64,000 nt of DNA from NCBI GenBank assembly GCA_013239625.1, contig MU054117.1:1672011-1736010 (forward strand), in the 5' to 3' direction. The notes beneath the pieces were generated by a model. It was not told the origin of the DNA. It saw only the letters and a program-made list of their open reading frames with translations, and did no database searches. This document shows positions 39,291 through 54,100 of this stretch, in pieces. Origin of the DNA: Lama guanicoe. Lineage: Eukaryota. Both the position numbers and the translations under genes were made by a program. The number at the start of each line of letters is the position of its first letter. The stretch's first letter is position 1.

Positions 39291-41673
39291 CTCTGCTCTG
39301 AGGCGCAGAAAGTGAAACAGACAATGATGGGGAAAAAAGAACTTTAAACGTAAAAGAAAATGCCTAAGAACTTGGATCACGTGCAGTCAGAGAGTAAATA
39401 CACTGCATAGGGAGGGGAATGCGGAGTGTTCTCGTAAGGTGATGAAAATGTTTAGGAACTTGATAGATGTGGTTACACAAAACTGTAAATGTATTAAATG
39501 CCACTGAATTGTATACTTTAAAAAGGTTAATTTTGTTACATGAATCTCACTTCAATTTTTAAGAAAAATCTGACTTTATTTCTACCTGATGAACTGAATT
39601 TTCTACCTCATAACTTCCCATCTTATTTTCCAGACATGGATGTTTGTTTGTTCCAATTTAAGTATTTACAGACACGTGGAACAAAGGTAGAAACTCAAAA
39701 GGTCCAAAAAGCGTATATTCTGGAACTAACTCCCATCCCCTTTGCCCTGTTTGCCTCTCCACATGCTACCAAGTGTTTCTAATTGTTCTGTATTCTTCCA
39801 GGTATGAATACAATTTGTTTTAAATCTACTTGTTTAGGACCACACACACCCTGTCAGAGCCATCCTCTTCTCAAATACTGTCCTCGTTCTCTTGATTCTT
39901 TCCTTTCAGAATGATAATTAAATCTAATGTATTTTCCATGTCTCAACTTCTTTTTCATATTTTCCATCTTTTTTCCTTCTGATTTCTTCATGTTTATTTT
40001 TGTCAATTCAACCTAGGCTGCTGTTTAACTTAACCACTAAAGTTTTCACTTTAACAATTTACCCTTATTTCTAGAAGTTCGTTTAAGTTTTTTCTAATTA
40101 TACCTGGACTGTTTTGATGGAGTTACATTCCTTCACTGTGGTTTCTAGCCCTTCTTTTCTCATGTTGTATGCTTATATACTTTAAAAATCATTCACACAC
40201 TTTTATAGTCACATATTTTATAATCACTTTCACAATTACCTGTATTATCTTTCATTCCTGTAGTGCTTTTCCCAGTTGTATCTTTATTATTTACTGGTGT
40301 GATTTCTAATTTAATTGTGAGGTCACCTTCACTGGGGACTGTTTTGTCCATGGATACTGTGACCAATGAAGTGTGAAAATGTCCCTGTGAGTTTTTGTTG
40401 GATTCTGGACCAATTACAATGTCCAATCCTTGCCTTAGGTTTCCTGCACCAAGCAGGTAGCATAAATTTACATTACAGAGCTATCTACATACGACCTCGG
40501 CTGAGATTTCTATTTTTCATAGGCTCTCCCCTCTCATCCTGGGCAGAAAGCAAAATTCCTGGTAGCTTTCACTGGCTGAGGTGCAGAGGTCTTCCTTTTC
40601 ATGGAAAATTCAGTTTCTTTGACACAGACTAAGTTCTCGCTCCCTCTTCTACTGAGTTCTAAGGCTTTTTGTCCTGATAGGGACATTAAAACCTAGTATT
40701 CAATCCTCAAGCTCCACATGAAGTGTGAAATCCAAACAGATGCCAGAGCAATGTCTCTGGTTTTGGCTTTAGAAAACCTCTTCTTCACCTTCTATCTTGA
40801 GGTTATCCTTTCTTTCCTTCCTTTTTTTGAAGCTTGGATACAGAGTGTAAAAGCTTTTATTATATTCTACATTTTAGTTTGTTGGTGGGGGAGGCCCTTC
40901 CAAAGCCCCTCAATATACTTTTTAAAGGAAGTAAGCTATTGCAGGGTACTCTTACAGGGTATGCCTGACAGACTCGTGACAACCCACTAAGTATTCAAAC
41001 CAGAAGAAGAATCTCAAGATGCAGATATACATACAACTACTACCAGACAATTTTCCTTAATTCATTCAAACATTTACTTGCTTCAGGCATAGTGTTAGGG
41101 AGCACAGTCTAGGGAAAGAAACAGACATGTGAATGACAAGAAGCCTGGATGACTAGGATAAAAGTGCTATCATAAATACTAGAAAGGTCAGGTGGGGAAA
41201 TTAGAATTTGCAGGGTGGGAACAACCTGTTGCTTTTCAACATGTTAATTGTGAGCCTCCAAAAGCACACACAAATGACTACATCTAGGAGGTAAAAGACT
41301 ATGTTTCAAAGATTTGGGATTAATTAGTTCAGTAGCATTAACTAAAGAAAGTAATAAAGAATAAATATTACAGAGATAAAAAATTATCTCTAAATTAAAA
41401 ATTAACTATCTAATTCCTCCACAAGAAATTTACACCATATAATTTATACTAGTTTCCTCTCTGAGTACAGATACTCTGAGAGATATGGGACTCTGACTAT
41501 AACTTAAACTGTTTAACTCTTACTTAAAACTCTTTGTTTTGGCTTCAATTTCTGATGCTGTGGGAAATGAAATTATCTAGCGATAAATGTCACAATACAA
41601 TTTGCATTTAATCCAATATTTGCACAGATGTAGCAAAAACTGCCCAATACAAGGTAACAGAATAAATGGGTAA

Positions 41674-44402
41674 CCTTCCTACAAATAAAAGTTCAGGTCC
41701 AGATAGCTTCACCGGGGAATTCTACCAAACATACAAAGAACTCATACCAGTCCTTCTCAAACTCTTCCAGAAGACTGAAAAGGAGGGAATACTCCCAAAC
41801 TCACCTTATGAAGCCACCATCACCCTGATACCAAAACCAGGCAAAGACACCAACCAAAAAAGAATTACAGACCAATATCACTGATGCACATAGATGCAAA
41901 ATCCTTACCAAAATATTAGCAAATAGAATCCAACAGCACATAAAAAAGATTATACATCATGATCAAATGGGGTTCATACCAGGGACACAAGGGTGGTTCA
42001 ACATATGCAAATCAATCAATGTAATACATCACATCAACAAGAGAAAGAACAAAAACCACATGATCAGCTCAATAGATGCAAAAAAAGCATTTGATAAAAT
42101 TCAACACCCATTTATGATAAAAACTCTCACCAAAGTGGGTATAGAGGGAACATATCTCAACATAGTAAAAGCTATATATGACAAACCTACAGCCAGCATA
42201 GTACTCAATGGTGAAAAACTCAAAAGCTTCCCACTAAAATCTGGGACAAGACAAGGCTGCCCACTATCACCACTCCTATTCAACATAGTCTTGGAAGCCC
42301 TAGCCACAGCAATCAGGCAAGAGAGAGAAATAAAAGGGATCCATATTGGAAAAGAAGAGGTAAAAGTGTTACTATACGCAGAAAACCCTAAAAGGGCCAC
42401 ACAAAAACTACTAAAATAATCGAAGAATTCAGCAAGGAATATCAGGTTACAAGATTAACGTTCAAAAATCAGTTGCATTTCTTTACACTAACAATGAATC
42501 AACAGAAAAGGAAAGTAAAGAAACAATCCCCTTTAAAATAACACCCAAAGTAATAAAACACCTAGGAATAAATCTAACCAAGGAAGTGAAAGACTTATAC
42601 ACGGAAAACCATAAAACACTGATTAAGGAAATTAAAGAAGACTTAAAAAATGGAAAGATATCCCATGATCCTGGATTGGAAGAACCAATAATGTTAAAAT
42701 GGTCACAATGCCCAAGGCAATCTACAGATTTAATTCAATCCCTATCAAACTACCCAAGACATATTTCACAGAACTGCAACAAATCATAATAAAATTTATA
42801 TGGAACCACAAAAGACCTAGAATTGCCAAAGTATTACTGAAGAAAAAGAGGCTGGAGGAACAACTCTCCCAGACTTCAGACAATACTATAGAGCTACCAT
42901 AATCAAAACAACATGGTATTGGTACAAACACAGACACATGGACCAATGGAACAGAACAGAGAGCCCAGAAATGAACCCACAAACTTTTGGTCAACTAATC
43001 TTTGACAAAGGAGGCAAGAATATACAATGGAATAAAGACAGTCTCTTCAGCAAATGGTGTTGGGAAAACTGGACAGCAGCACGTAAAGCAATGAAGCTAG
43101 AACACTCCCTTATATCATACACAAAAATAAACTCAAGATGGATCAAAGACTTAAACATAACACAAGATACAATAAATCTCCTAGAAGAAAATATAGGCAA
43201 AACATTATCTGGCATACATCTCAAAAATGTTCTCCTAGGGCAGTGTACCCAAGCAATAGAAATAAAAGCAAGAATAAAAAAATGGGACCTAATTAAACTT
43301 ACAAGCTTCTGCACAGCCAAGGAAACTGTAAGTAAAACAAAATGACAACCTATGGAATGGGAGAAAATTTTTGCAAATGAAATCGACAAAGGCTTGATCT
43401 CTAGAATATATAAGCAGCTCATTTGACTTAATAAGAAAAAAACAAACAACCCAATCCAAAAATGGGCACAAGACCTAAACAAGCAATTCTCCAAGGAAGA
43501 AATACAAATGATCCATAGGCACATGAAAAAACGCTCAATATCACTAATTATCAGAGAAATGCAAATCAAAACTACAATGAGGTATCACCTCATACCAGTC
43601 AGAATGGCCATCATTCAGAAGTCCACAAATGACAAATGCTGGAGAGGCTCTGGAGAAAAGGGAACTCTCCTACACTGCTGGTGGGAATACAGTTTGGTGC
43701 AGCCACTGTGGAAAACAGTATGGAGATTCCTCAAAAGACTAGGAATAGACTTACCATATGACCCAGCAATCCCACTCCTGGGCATATATACCCAGAAGGA
43801 ACCCTACTGCAAAAAGACACCTGCACCCCAATGTTCATGGCAGCACTATTTACAATAGCCGAAACATGGAAACAGCCTAAATGTCCATCAACAGATGACT
43901 GGATAAAGATGTGGTATATTTACACAATGGAATACTATTCAGCCATAAAAATTGACAACATAACGCCATTTGCAGTAATATGGATGTCCCTGGAGAATGT
44001 CATTCTAAGTGAAATAAGCCAGAAAGAGAAAGAAAAATACCACATGAGATCGCTCATAAATAAATAAACAAATACATACATACATACACACATACATACA
44101 AAACAGAAACAGACTCACAGACATAGAATAAAAACTTATGGTTGCCAAGGGGGAGGGGGATGGGAAGGGACAGACTGGGATTTCAAACTGTAGAATAGAT
44201 AAGCAAGACTGTACTGTATAGCACAGAGAAATATATACAAGAACCTATGGTAGCTCATAGCGGAAAAAAAGTGACAATTAATATATGCATGTTCATGTAT
44301 AACTGAAAAAGTGTGCTCTGCACTGGAATTTGACACAACATTGTATATAATGTACATAATTTGACACATTGCCTATAACTCAATAAAAAATGTTTAAAAA
44401 AA
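41674..44402 (+). mobile_element. 5'-truncated L1 (ORF2 RT and C-terminal region plus 3'UTR), antisense to WNK1 in intron 2
   Basis: Frameshifted ORF2 peptides ([45 protein letters not shown]). Poly-A tail and perfect 15-bp TSD agaataaatgggtaa at 41659-41673 and 44403-44417. Confidence 0.96.
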
Positions 44403-44753
44403 AGAATAAATGGGTAAAGCTTGTCCATAAGCTTCAACTTCATTTTAACCACTAGAGGGCTACCTTGTCATTTAATTTTTGATCTCTTAGCCAGTTTTAG
44501 AAATGCCAATCACCAAGATTTAACTAGGTTTATTCTGCAATAACTTCTCATTTTTATACTTAACAATACATAATTATCAAACCATTTTATACACCAGAGG
44601 ACTTTGTGGGGCAGGAAAATGTGCTAATATACTAACATTTGGAGTGACTGTTCCCTCCTTAGTATGCTTATAGCAGAATGAATAACTGATAAATAAGAAA
44701 ATTCAATTTCTCTCACACTTCTTGGTCAGATTTTGTAATACTGATGAACTCAC

Positions 44754-44926
44754 GTTTTAAGTGTTCCAGACGTCATAAGTTCAGTCACCAAAACAATGCA
44801 CTTCTTTCCCTTCACTGTGGATTCCCAGGAGTCGTAGAATCGAACAATATTGGGATGCTGAAGACCCTTTAACATTTCTGCCTCTTCTTTAAATCTCTGC
44901 CTCTCAGACTTTGTTAACTTTCGATC
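44754..44926 (-). CDS. WNK1: WNK1 exon 2 (173 nt; kinase subdomains III-V)
   Basis: ttttag|GAT ... AC|gtgagt. Encodes [57 protein letters not shown](T). Not in the ORF track. Confidence 0.98.
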
Positions 44927-45358
44927 CTAAAATCAAAAAGCAAACAGAATTAGATTTGCATTTTTAAACAGGATGTGCTTTAAAATAATAAAGTAAGTCA
45001 CACAGGTAAATTTAGATACTAAACATGTACCAAATTATAATGACTAACAGTGTGAAAATAAAACATCCTAACACTGAAGTTACTAATAACTTCATTAGCC
45101 TGTTATGAGGTGTGAGAACAGGCTAAAGTGTATTTAAGAAAACTCTCAATTATGCTTGAGATTATTTTAGTATCTTTACTGTTAACGTGTACTTCAGATA
45201 CAGACACATTTTATAGGGGCAGTTAATTTACCACTTCCAAAATAAGTCACCTAATGATAGAGATATGCAATTTAATAACATGAAACAAGTATGGGTGAAA
45301 TCTAAATGTAAATTCCAGTTCTGTCTTTTTGCTCTGAGTAAAAATTCCTTCATGAATA

Positions 45359-45684
45359 CAGTCAAGCCCTCTGTAACCATGAGTTCTGCATCTGTGGATT
45401 CAGCAAAGCACAAATCAAAAATAAGGGGGATGTGGGATTCCAGAAAACTCCAAAAAGCAAAATTTGAAAGTCTGCCCACATGCTGGTCACTAGTTACTAG
45501 CATTTATATTGTATTAGGTATTATGAGTAATCTAGAGATGATTTAATGTATATGGGAGGATTGCAAATACTATGCCATTTTATAAAAGGGACTTGAACAT
45601 CCTCAGATTTTGGAATCCACAGTAGTGGAGGGTGGGGTCCTGGAACCAATTTCCCCTACCCCCCAGTAATATTGAGGAATGAGT
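45359..45684 (-). mobile_element. MER2-family (Tigger) MITE
   Basis: gtaatctagagatgattt...aaatactatgccattttataaaagggacttgaacatcc...ggggtcctggaaccaat. Confidence 0.8.
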
Positions 45685-46394
45685 ACATATACCTTCACCT
45701 GACAGGATTTTGTAGGAATTAAATTATCTACTAGGTATGTTTCTAGCACGTGTTTAAAGTTCCTGGCACTTCATAGGTTAATTCACTTCTTATCTGGGAT
45801 GAACTGGAGAAAAGCACTTAATCTGTTCTTCCCTTGACAAGGTCCCATATATACAAACTGTACTGTCCTACAAATTAAAATTGAAACTATCTGCCATATT
45901 AATACTCTATCAAAATACGTAACATATATTTTAACAAAATATTCCAGGCATACAATAACATAGTGTGTCTGTGACACAGTTAATAATTGAACATTAAAGA
46001 TATAATTTAAACCCTTCTATGTAACTAGATGGCCCTTCCCATCACTATTCCTCACCCTTGAATAACCACTACTACCCTGACTGGATATACCATTCCCATA
46101 GAGGTTTTATATGAAATGTTAAGATTTCATAAAAAGGCATTAAAGAGCATGCACTATTTGGAAGTTGGCTTTTTTTCACTCAATATTGTTTGAAATCACT
46201 CATGATGGTACAAGGAGACATTAGAAGACATCTACCGTATTATTGTAACTCAGCTTCACTATCACTGTTATGCATATCACATGTCTGAATACATCACAAT
46301 TTATATAAAATTTCCTACTGATCAATTTTCAAGCTGTTCTCCATTTTTTTACCACTACATTACGACAGTGGTGTTGCAATGTTAATCTCTAGGA

Positions 46395-46810
46395 CACAGA
46401 CTCTTAACTTGGGGCCTACAAATAGCCTTAAGGCAGGTTTGTGAATGTGTGTGATGACATACCTTTATTTTTCATTAACCTTGAACTGAAATTTAATATT
46501 TCCTTCAATTATGAATATATGCACCTAATAGCATTCAGCAGTACCTGTGATTTGTCACCAACAGACCTAGATCTTTTCCTATGACTTAATAATGGTTGCA
46601 GATTATTTCAAATTACCACACTAGTCATTACTTTGAAATTATGATAGCTCTTAGGCCCTCCAGTAGATCTTATTAATATACACCAATAATGCATACTAAA
46701 TCACAAATTTAAAATGTTTTGACAACTATTTTAATATAATTTGTTTCCATCATTATTGGACTAAAACCTTATTCTAGCCTTCACCAGTCTTCTCGGACAC
46801 AAAAAATATA
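46395..46810. mobile_element. Probable hAT-Charlie element
   Basis: aactgaaatttaatatttccttcaattatgaat...cagcagtacctgtgatttgtcaccaa resembles the Charlie4-type consensus as I recall it. Confidence 0.5.
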
Positions 46811-47744
46811 AAGTACACCTATTAGGACACATGCTAGCAGAATTGCTGGGTCACAGAGACTAGGCAACTTCAGTCATCACAAGTATCAACAAATTGCTTT
46901 TCAAAAGGGCAGTACCAATTTAAATTTCCCAATGGCCTTTTATGAAAGTTCCCACTGCTGCACGTGGTCACCAGTAACTGGTATTTTCAGACATTAACTT
47001 TTGTCAATTTGATGGGTGTAAAATCATATCCTGTTGCTTAGTGTACATTTTCAGAGTCAATAAAAAGTGTAAGAAACTGTTTTCTTTGCAGACTGCTTTA
47101 GATTCCTCCTCTGCAAGGAACTGTTGCTTTATTTATTTGTAGGAGTTTTTAATATATTCTACATACTAACCCCTTATTAGTTTTATGAGTTACAAATATC
47201 TTTTCTCTTGTAGTTTATATTTTCACCTCGTTCATGGTTATCTTTTGAGTTACAGATGTTTTTACTTCACTGTAGTTCAATTCATGTATCTTTTCCTTTG
47301 TGATAGGTGGGTTTATGTCTTCAGTAATTTTTCCAGACATTGAGACCACGTATTTTTCCTTTTTAAAACATAAATTTGTTTTGTTTGCCACATTTGGGAA
47401 TTTATTTGTTGTGGAATTTACTTCATTGGGTAAGAACAGCTGGCTGTTACTTCTGTTCTATATCAATCAAAGACCTGAACACCATTTGATGAACAGTCCA
47501 TCCTTTCCACAGAGTGTAGCTCTATTTCTGGATTCTATATTCTATTCCAGTGGTCTGCCTATTCCTGCACTCACACCATACTTTAATTGGTATAGTTTTT
47601 TTAACACCTGTATTGTAGTATGATTCCTGTACAGTAAACTACACATATTTCATGTATACAACTTGATGAATTTTGATAGGTGTAAACACCAATGAAACCA
47701 CCACCACAATCAAGATAGCTAACATTTCCATCACTCCCCAAAAG

Positions 47745-48480
47745 GTGCAAATTTCGATTCTCAATTTATCCCTTCCCACCCCTTTTACCCCGTTTGTTCT
47801 CTATGTCTGTGAGTCTATTTCTATTTTGTGTAAGTTCATTTGTGTCCTTTTTCAAAGATTTCATTTATAAGTGATATCATATGGTATTTTTCTTTCTCTT
47901 TCTGACTTACTTCGCTCAGAATGACAATTTCCAGGTCTATCCATGTTGCTGTAAATGGCATTATTTTATTTTTTATGGCTGAGTAGTATTCCATTGTGTA
48001 TATATACACATCTTCTTTATCCAGTCCTCTGTCAGTGGACATTTGGGTTATTTCCGTGTCTTGGATTTTGTAAACAGTGCTGCTGTGAACACTGGGGTGC
48101 ATGTGTCTTTTCAAATTATATTTTTCTCTGGATATACACCCAGGAGTAGGATTCATATGGGTCATATGGTAAGTCTATTTTTAGCTTTTTGACGACTCTT
48201 CATACTGTCCTCCATAGTGGCTGCACCAATTCACATTCCCACCAACAGTGTAGGAGGGTTCCCTTTTCTACACACCCTCTCCAGCATTTATCATTTGTGA
48301 ACTTTTTAATGATGGCCATTCTGACTGGTGTGAGGTCGTATCTCATTGTAGCTTTGATCTGCATTTCTCTAACAATCAGTAATGTTGAGCATCTTTTCAT
48401 GTGCCTGTTGGCCATCTTGATGTCTTCTTTGGAGAAATGTCTATTTAGGTTTTCTGCTCATTTTCTGACTGGGTTGCTTG
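47745..48480 (-). mobile_element. L1 ORF2 C-terminus and 3'UTR fragment
   Basis: Peptides [21 protein letters not shown]...LLHCWWEC and YIYTMEYYSAIK. Flanked by older L1M sequence (about 46830-47740). Confidence 0.9.
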
Positions 48481-50429
48481 TTAGCTACAGTTGTAAAATA
48501 ATTCATACCTGGCAGGATCAGTTTCTGCAACATCTCCCCAATTTATGTTCTAAATTATTTTGGTTATTTGCTTCCAATGAGAAGACTTATTTTTATAATA
48601 TAGAAATTGTAGCAAAAATCAACTAAAACTATCAGAATATTATCAAGAATTGTAATTAAAAGCATATTATGTGGAATGCCATTAAGACAGCATAGATATT
48701 CTTCTCTCCAACAGCCCTTTTTTCCAAGTAGCATATACTGATGTTTTAAACTGTGAGGTATAATTTGTATACCATTTATAAAAAAATCACTATTCTAATC
48801 ACGCCTCCATCTTATACATTATTTTCCCTTATATTTTAGTTCCATCCTACTTATTACTCCTTAGTAGACACTATTATAATTATTACTTAAACTGTATATG
48901 CTTACTTATATTTACTCACATATCTTTGTTTGCCATTCCATTTTGCTCCTTACTCCCTTCACTGGGTTAAATTTCCTTTTTTGAAATATATTTTTCACAG
49001 CTGTTTCAGTAAATGTCCATTAGTGGTATAATCCCAGGTTGTCTGAAATGTTTACTTCATCATTACTCCTGAACGATCGTTTAGATCGATGCAGAATTCT
49101 AGGTTGGTTTATTTTTCTTTCAGCACTTCCAATATACTGTTTCTTGGTGTTCTGGTGTCTACTGTAGCTATCAGTATAAATGTCCTCCTTTGCGGGTTAC
49201 CTGTGTTCTCTCTGGTTGCTCTAAGGACTCTTTTAAAAAACTGTTCCTCACCCTTACTACCATGCACCTAAGTTTTATTTAAGCATAATGGGGCTAACTG
49301 TACTTTTGAAGCCGAAAGTTTTAGGTATTTGTCTTCATGTCAGGAAAATTCTCAACTGTTATCTCTTCGAATACTGCCTCTTCCCATTCTCCATTCTGTT
49401 CTGAGATTTTTCTAAGGGTGTGTGTAACCTTACTCTATCCTTCATATCTTTTAATTTCTCATTTTCCATTTCTTTCTCTCTGCTACCTCCTGGGCAATGT
49501 TCTCAGATCAACCTTCTGGTTCACTAATTCTCTTATCACAGTTATTATCACATCTAACCTGCTTATTACCTTAAAATTTTAATTAATCAAACTTAAATGT
49601 CTAAAGGAGATGGGGATGCAAAGGATATGTAGTAAGGTCTCAGCCCCTACTCCAGAAACAAGAGATGAACACAAACTAAACACTTCCAACTGACCATACA
49701 AGTCTTGGAGGGCTGAGTATACTGGTGAGTGGAACATGTATTTGAGTATCATAAAGAAAATAAATCGAAGTCAAGCAGTTCGTCTGTCACCAAATGTATC
49801 CACTGGATGGTTTGATAAGGGGAACTCAGTCACCACTTCCGTCCCTACTTCCCCAACTAGGATCATAAACAAAGCTAGGTGGGAAACAAGAAAAAGGAAA
49901 AATAGCTAGGTGCTTACTAAAGGCTTCAGCGGGGAAGGAATTCTGCCATTTCACCAGGCCCAATACCTGAGGAGGAGATCTGTCCCCACTCCATGGTAAC
50001 CCTACACATGGAGTTTTGAATAAAACATGGTAACTAGCAGCTCAGTTTGCAACAGTCTCCACCAACCTCCACCTCATCCCTGGTTCATGAACAGACAAGC
50101 TTCCTCAGGATCCTCCTTGGAATTTCCTCCCTCTCAGGGTTTGTCTCCAAAATTATTTCCATCTCCAAATTATCACTGCAAGATTGGCTTCTCTCAAAGC
50201 TCTCTAAGAGTAGGCTCTCACAGCCCTATACCACTCCCAAATTGAGGCTGCAAACATCCACAATGTCACATGCCCCGTCCACTGAGACTCAGGTCCACAG
50301 CAGCACAGCTATTTCATCATCCTGGGTTATCTTCCCAGAATGTTCCTTTCCCAGAGAACAGACAGCCAAAGGGCAAGTCAAAGTATCTGGGCTCAGATAA
50401 CTGAGGAAAGTGGCACCTGTCATTTAGAT

Positions 50430-51178
50430 TTTTGTTTTTTTTAAGTATAGTCAGTTATAATGTGTCAATTTCTGGTATACAGCATAATGTTTTAGTCATA
50501 CATAAACATACATATTTGTTTTCATATTCTTTTCCATTATACGTTACTACAAGATACTGAATATAGTTCCCTGTGCTATACAGTAGTAACTTGTTTATCT
50601 AGTTTATATGTAGGTAGTTAGTATCTGCAAATCTTGAACTCCCAATTTATCCCTTCCCACACCCTTTCTTGCCAGGTAACCATAAGTTTGTTTACTATGT
50701 CTGTAAGTCAGTTTCTGTTCTGTAGATAAGTTCACTAGTGTTTTCTTTTTTTCTTTTCTTTTTTTTTTTTTTTTAGATTCCACATGAGTGATATAATATG
50801 GTATTTTTCTTTTCTCTTTCTGGCTTACTTCACTTAGAATGACAATCTCCAGGTCCATCCATGTTGCTGCAAATGGCATTGTTTTAGTCTTTTTATGGCT
50901 GAGTAGTATTCCATTGTATAAATATACCACAGCTTCTTTATCCAGTCATCTGTTGATGGACATTTAGGCTGTTTCCATGTCTTGGCTTTGTAAGTAGTGC
51001 TGCTATGAACATCAGGGTGCATGTATCTTTTGGAATTAGAGTTCGCTCCAGGTATATGCCCAGGAGTGGGATCACTGGATCATAGGGTAAGTCTATTTTT
51101 AGCTTTTTGAAGAATCTCCAAATTGTTTTCCATAATGGCTGCACCAAACTACATTCCCACCAACAGTGTAGGAGGGTT
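50430..51178 (-). mobile_element. 5'-truncated L1 3' end
   Basis: Peptides [23 protein letters not shown] and WKQPKCPSTDDWIKK; 3'UTR ends in poly-T on the plus strand. Confidence 0.9.
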
Positions 51179-54100
51179 AGTTTTTAATTGCAAGGTCTTT
51201 TCATTTCTTGAAGCTCTTTTTGGGGTCTTTATCAAGTCAGTAATTCACTATACCCTCCAATACCATCTTAATGTTTTTGTTGTTTCAGTTTTTATTCCTT
51301 TGACTCTTTAAAAACAATGTGCTCTAGAGGCTCGACTCATCCCACTTTCATCTAAATGACTGGAGATCTAATTTTGCCTATTGTTTTGGCTGCTGACATC
51401 CATTCATATGAAGAAAAATCCACATGATTTATAATAGCAGATAACATGGTTACCTTAAACTGTTATTTGTCTGTTGGAACATCCTCAGCTGCAGGTGTAT
51501 CGCTGTGGACAGTCTCTGAGTCTGTTCATGCCTAGTGCCCTAGGGATATTACTAGTTTTGCCCACGCCACCATGCAATCAGTTCAGATCTGAATCTCACA
51601 CATGTGTGAGTACAGGTACCTGATGATGAATTCTCAAGGAAAACTTAAGAATGTCTTTTTCCTGATTCAGAAACTGAAATTTTCTCTAGTCTATCTTTTC
51701 ATTAAAGGTTTTGTTCCCCTTCTAGGAACTTTATCGGATCTCAGTTCCAATCCCTGCTGGGGCTTGGGATTTCATCCACACTCAGGGAGATGGTAAAACC
51801 ATGCCTCAGAGTTAACAAGACTGGCAACTATCCCAGAAAAGTCCTAGTGGCAATTCAAACTTGTCCAACTCTGGTTTCTTTTCAATTTTTAGACTCAGGA
51901 GATTATCCTGACATTCTTATGAGGTCAGCTATGCATTTTAAAAGATAGCTCTTTGTCGTTCTCATCAAAATTTTCAAAATATCTGGTGTTTTACAGTGGG
52001 AAGAGTTTTCAGCTTGGTTAGTTTTTCTACTTATTGACAACAGGGTTTCACAACTACGTTTTTAAAAAAATACTGTTTACATTTCTTAAATGTTCCTCAT
52101 TTAAGGAAAACTTATAACAAAAAAAGAAAAAATCTAGATAACTTGTTGACTCCCTTATACATTACTGAACCTTATTGCAGGTGAAGAAAACTTACTTTTT
52201 AAGAAATTGTGAAAAGTTACTCTACACTCAAAACAATTAAAAGACAGTAATCACATGAGCCAAGTGAATTATAATATTCTACCTATGACTAAGTGATACT
52301 TAATTTTTGTATTTTAATATATACTCTACCTACTTGACTGTCTTGATAACTACTCTTCTTTTCTGTGGCATACAACATTCATTTAGTTTCAGCAATTATT
52401 ATATATCTTCATAAATGTTTAATTAAATTTTAACAAATACTTAAGTATCCTATGTAAGACAACAGGATATGATGAACATATAGACCTTACCGTGTAAGAG
52501 GCAGAGGGAATCATTTTATTAAGTATTATAAAGAAAAAAAACTAAGTGTTTTGAAAACATATCAAAAAGGACTCAATTCCATGTGCACAAGCTAGTGTTA
52601 GCCCCCAAATCAGCAAGCTACTACCCTAAGGATTTTTTTTTTTTACCCTAAGGGTTAAGTGAGATCATGGGTATAAAAGCACCCGCAGCTCTTGCTCTGC
52701 CACACTGTAAACGCTTAAGATCACAACAGTCTATAAAAAGTGCTGAAGGCAAGCTTGGAAATGTAGGATACAAGTTGGAGGTGAGAAGACTCAAAACTTT
52801 AACAACAGTGAGCTATGGAATTTAAATTTATTTATTTAAATTTGTTTATTCACATAGAGAATTTCTGGAAAATATATCACTTACAGTGGACCACTGTGGC
52901 TGAAACTTGGACCATACATTATAAAAGATATGGCAGTATATAGTACTTAAGAGTAATGGCTTAACTGTCAGTTATGTAAACATAATCACTGTTGTCCAAA
53001 TAAGAAGTTAATATTAAGTCTGAATAATTGTCTGTATAGGGCTTTCACAAAATCCTTATATATTTTAAGACATGCCGAACCTTCAGCTGTGGAATGTTTT
53101 CTTCTCAAATGGTATATAACTTTAGCCAGAAAACTGTCACTAACCATCAACCAAGACTACAGGAAAATCATCGTAGACTGTTAGTTAATTTTTAATTATA
53201 ATTTAAAATCTACTTAAAGATTGTTTCTATCATATCTACAATTTCAAATTTTCAACAGTTTTAAAAGTGCACAAGGCTTGTAAATTCTTTTTGTGAACAA
53301 CTCAACCCAAAGTAATTTACTCATGTCTTTCTCTGCTACATCACCCTAAATCAAGCCATCACGATCTCCTGTGGATTCCTGCGATAACCTACCAGTTGTT
53401 TACACACATCTAATCTTATCCTTGGACAATGTGCTTTCCACTTTGTCCAAATACAGCCAGAATACTTCAATGTCAATTTAATCAATTCTAAGGCATGCTT
53501 ATGTCATTAATTGTTAGAAATACCATTTTCCGCATTTTTAACATCTCTGGAATTAGAGTGTATCATATAAATGGAGTTTTAGACTGAAAGAAGTATTGTT
53601 ATGTCATAACCCTGTTTAAAACTCTTCAATACCTTCCTACGGTCTTTAGGATAAAGGTGGAAAATCACTGTGACCTACGAGGTCCCACACAATACAGTCC
53701 CTGCCCATTCTCCAAGCCTAACTTCTTGTCATTGTCATCTTTTCCATTCTCCAACACGTCATGCTTCTCCCTGGTCGGGTACTTCACACACTGTTCCCTC
53801 TATACAGGACATCCTTCCAGCAAACTTTTTTGCCTGGTTAATGCCCAGTCATCCTTCAAAGATCTGCCATTTCCTCAGAAACACCTTCCTTGACTGCCCC
53901 TCACTCTAGGTTAAATCATCCCTTCCTTCACATATATGTATAATTTTATGAACTATGCATATGCCTCTTTCAGAGCCCTTAATCACAAGTAATATACTGA
54001 AGCTTATTCTAGAAGCAGTGATGAAATGCTTTTTCAGTGTTATCTATCTTTATTCAGCATCTGACAACCTGGCATAATGACTTGTTCAACTGCCACGTGT

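Noticed and set aside
42991..43569. 192-aa minus-strand ORF and similar ORFs at 42101, 42722 and 48189
   Set aside because: Antisense shadow frames of L1 ORF2.
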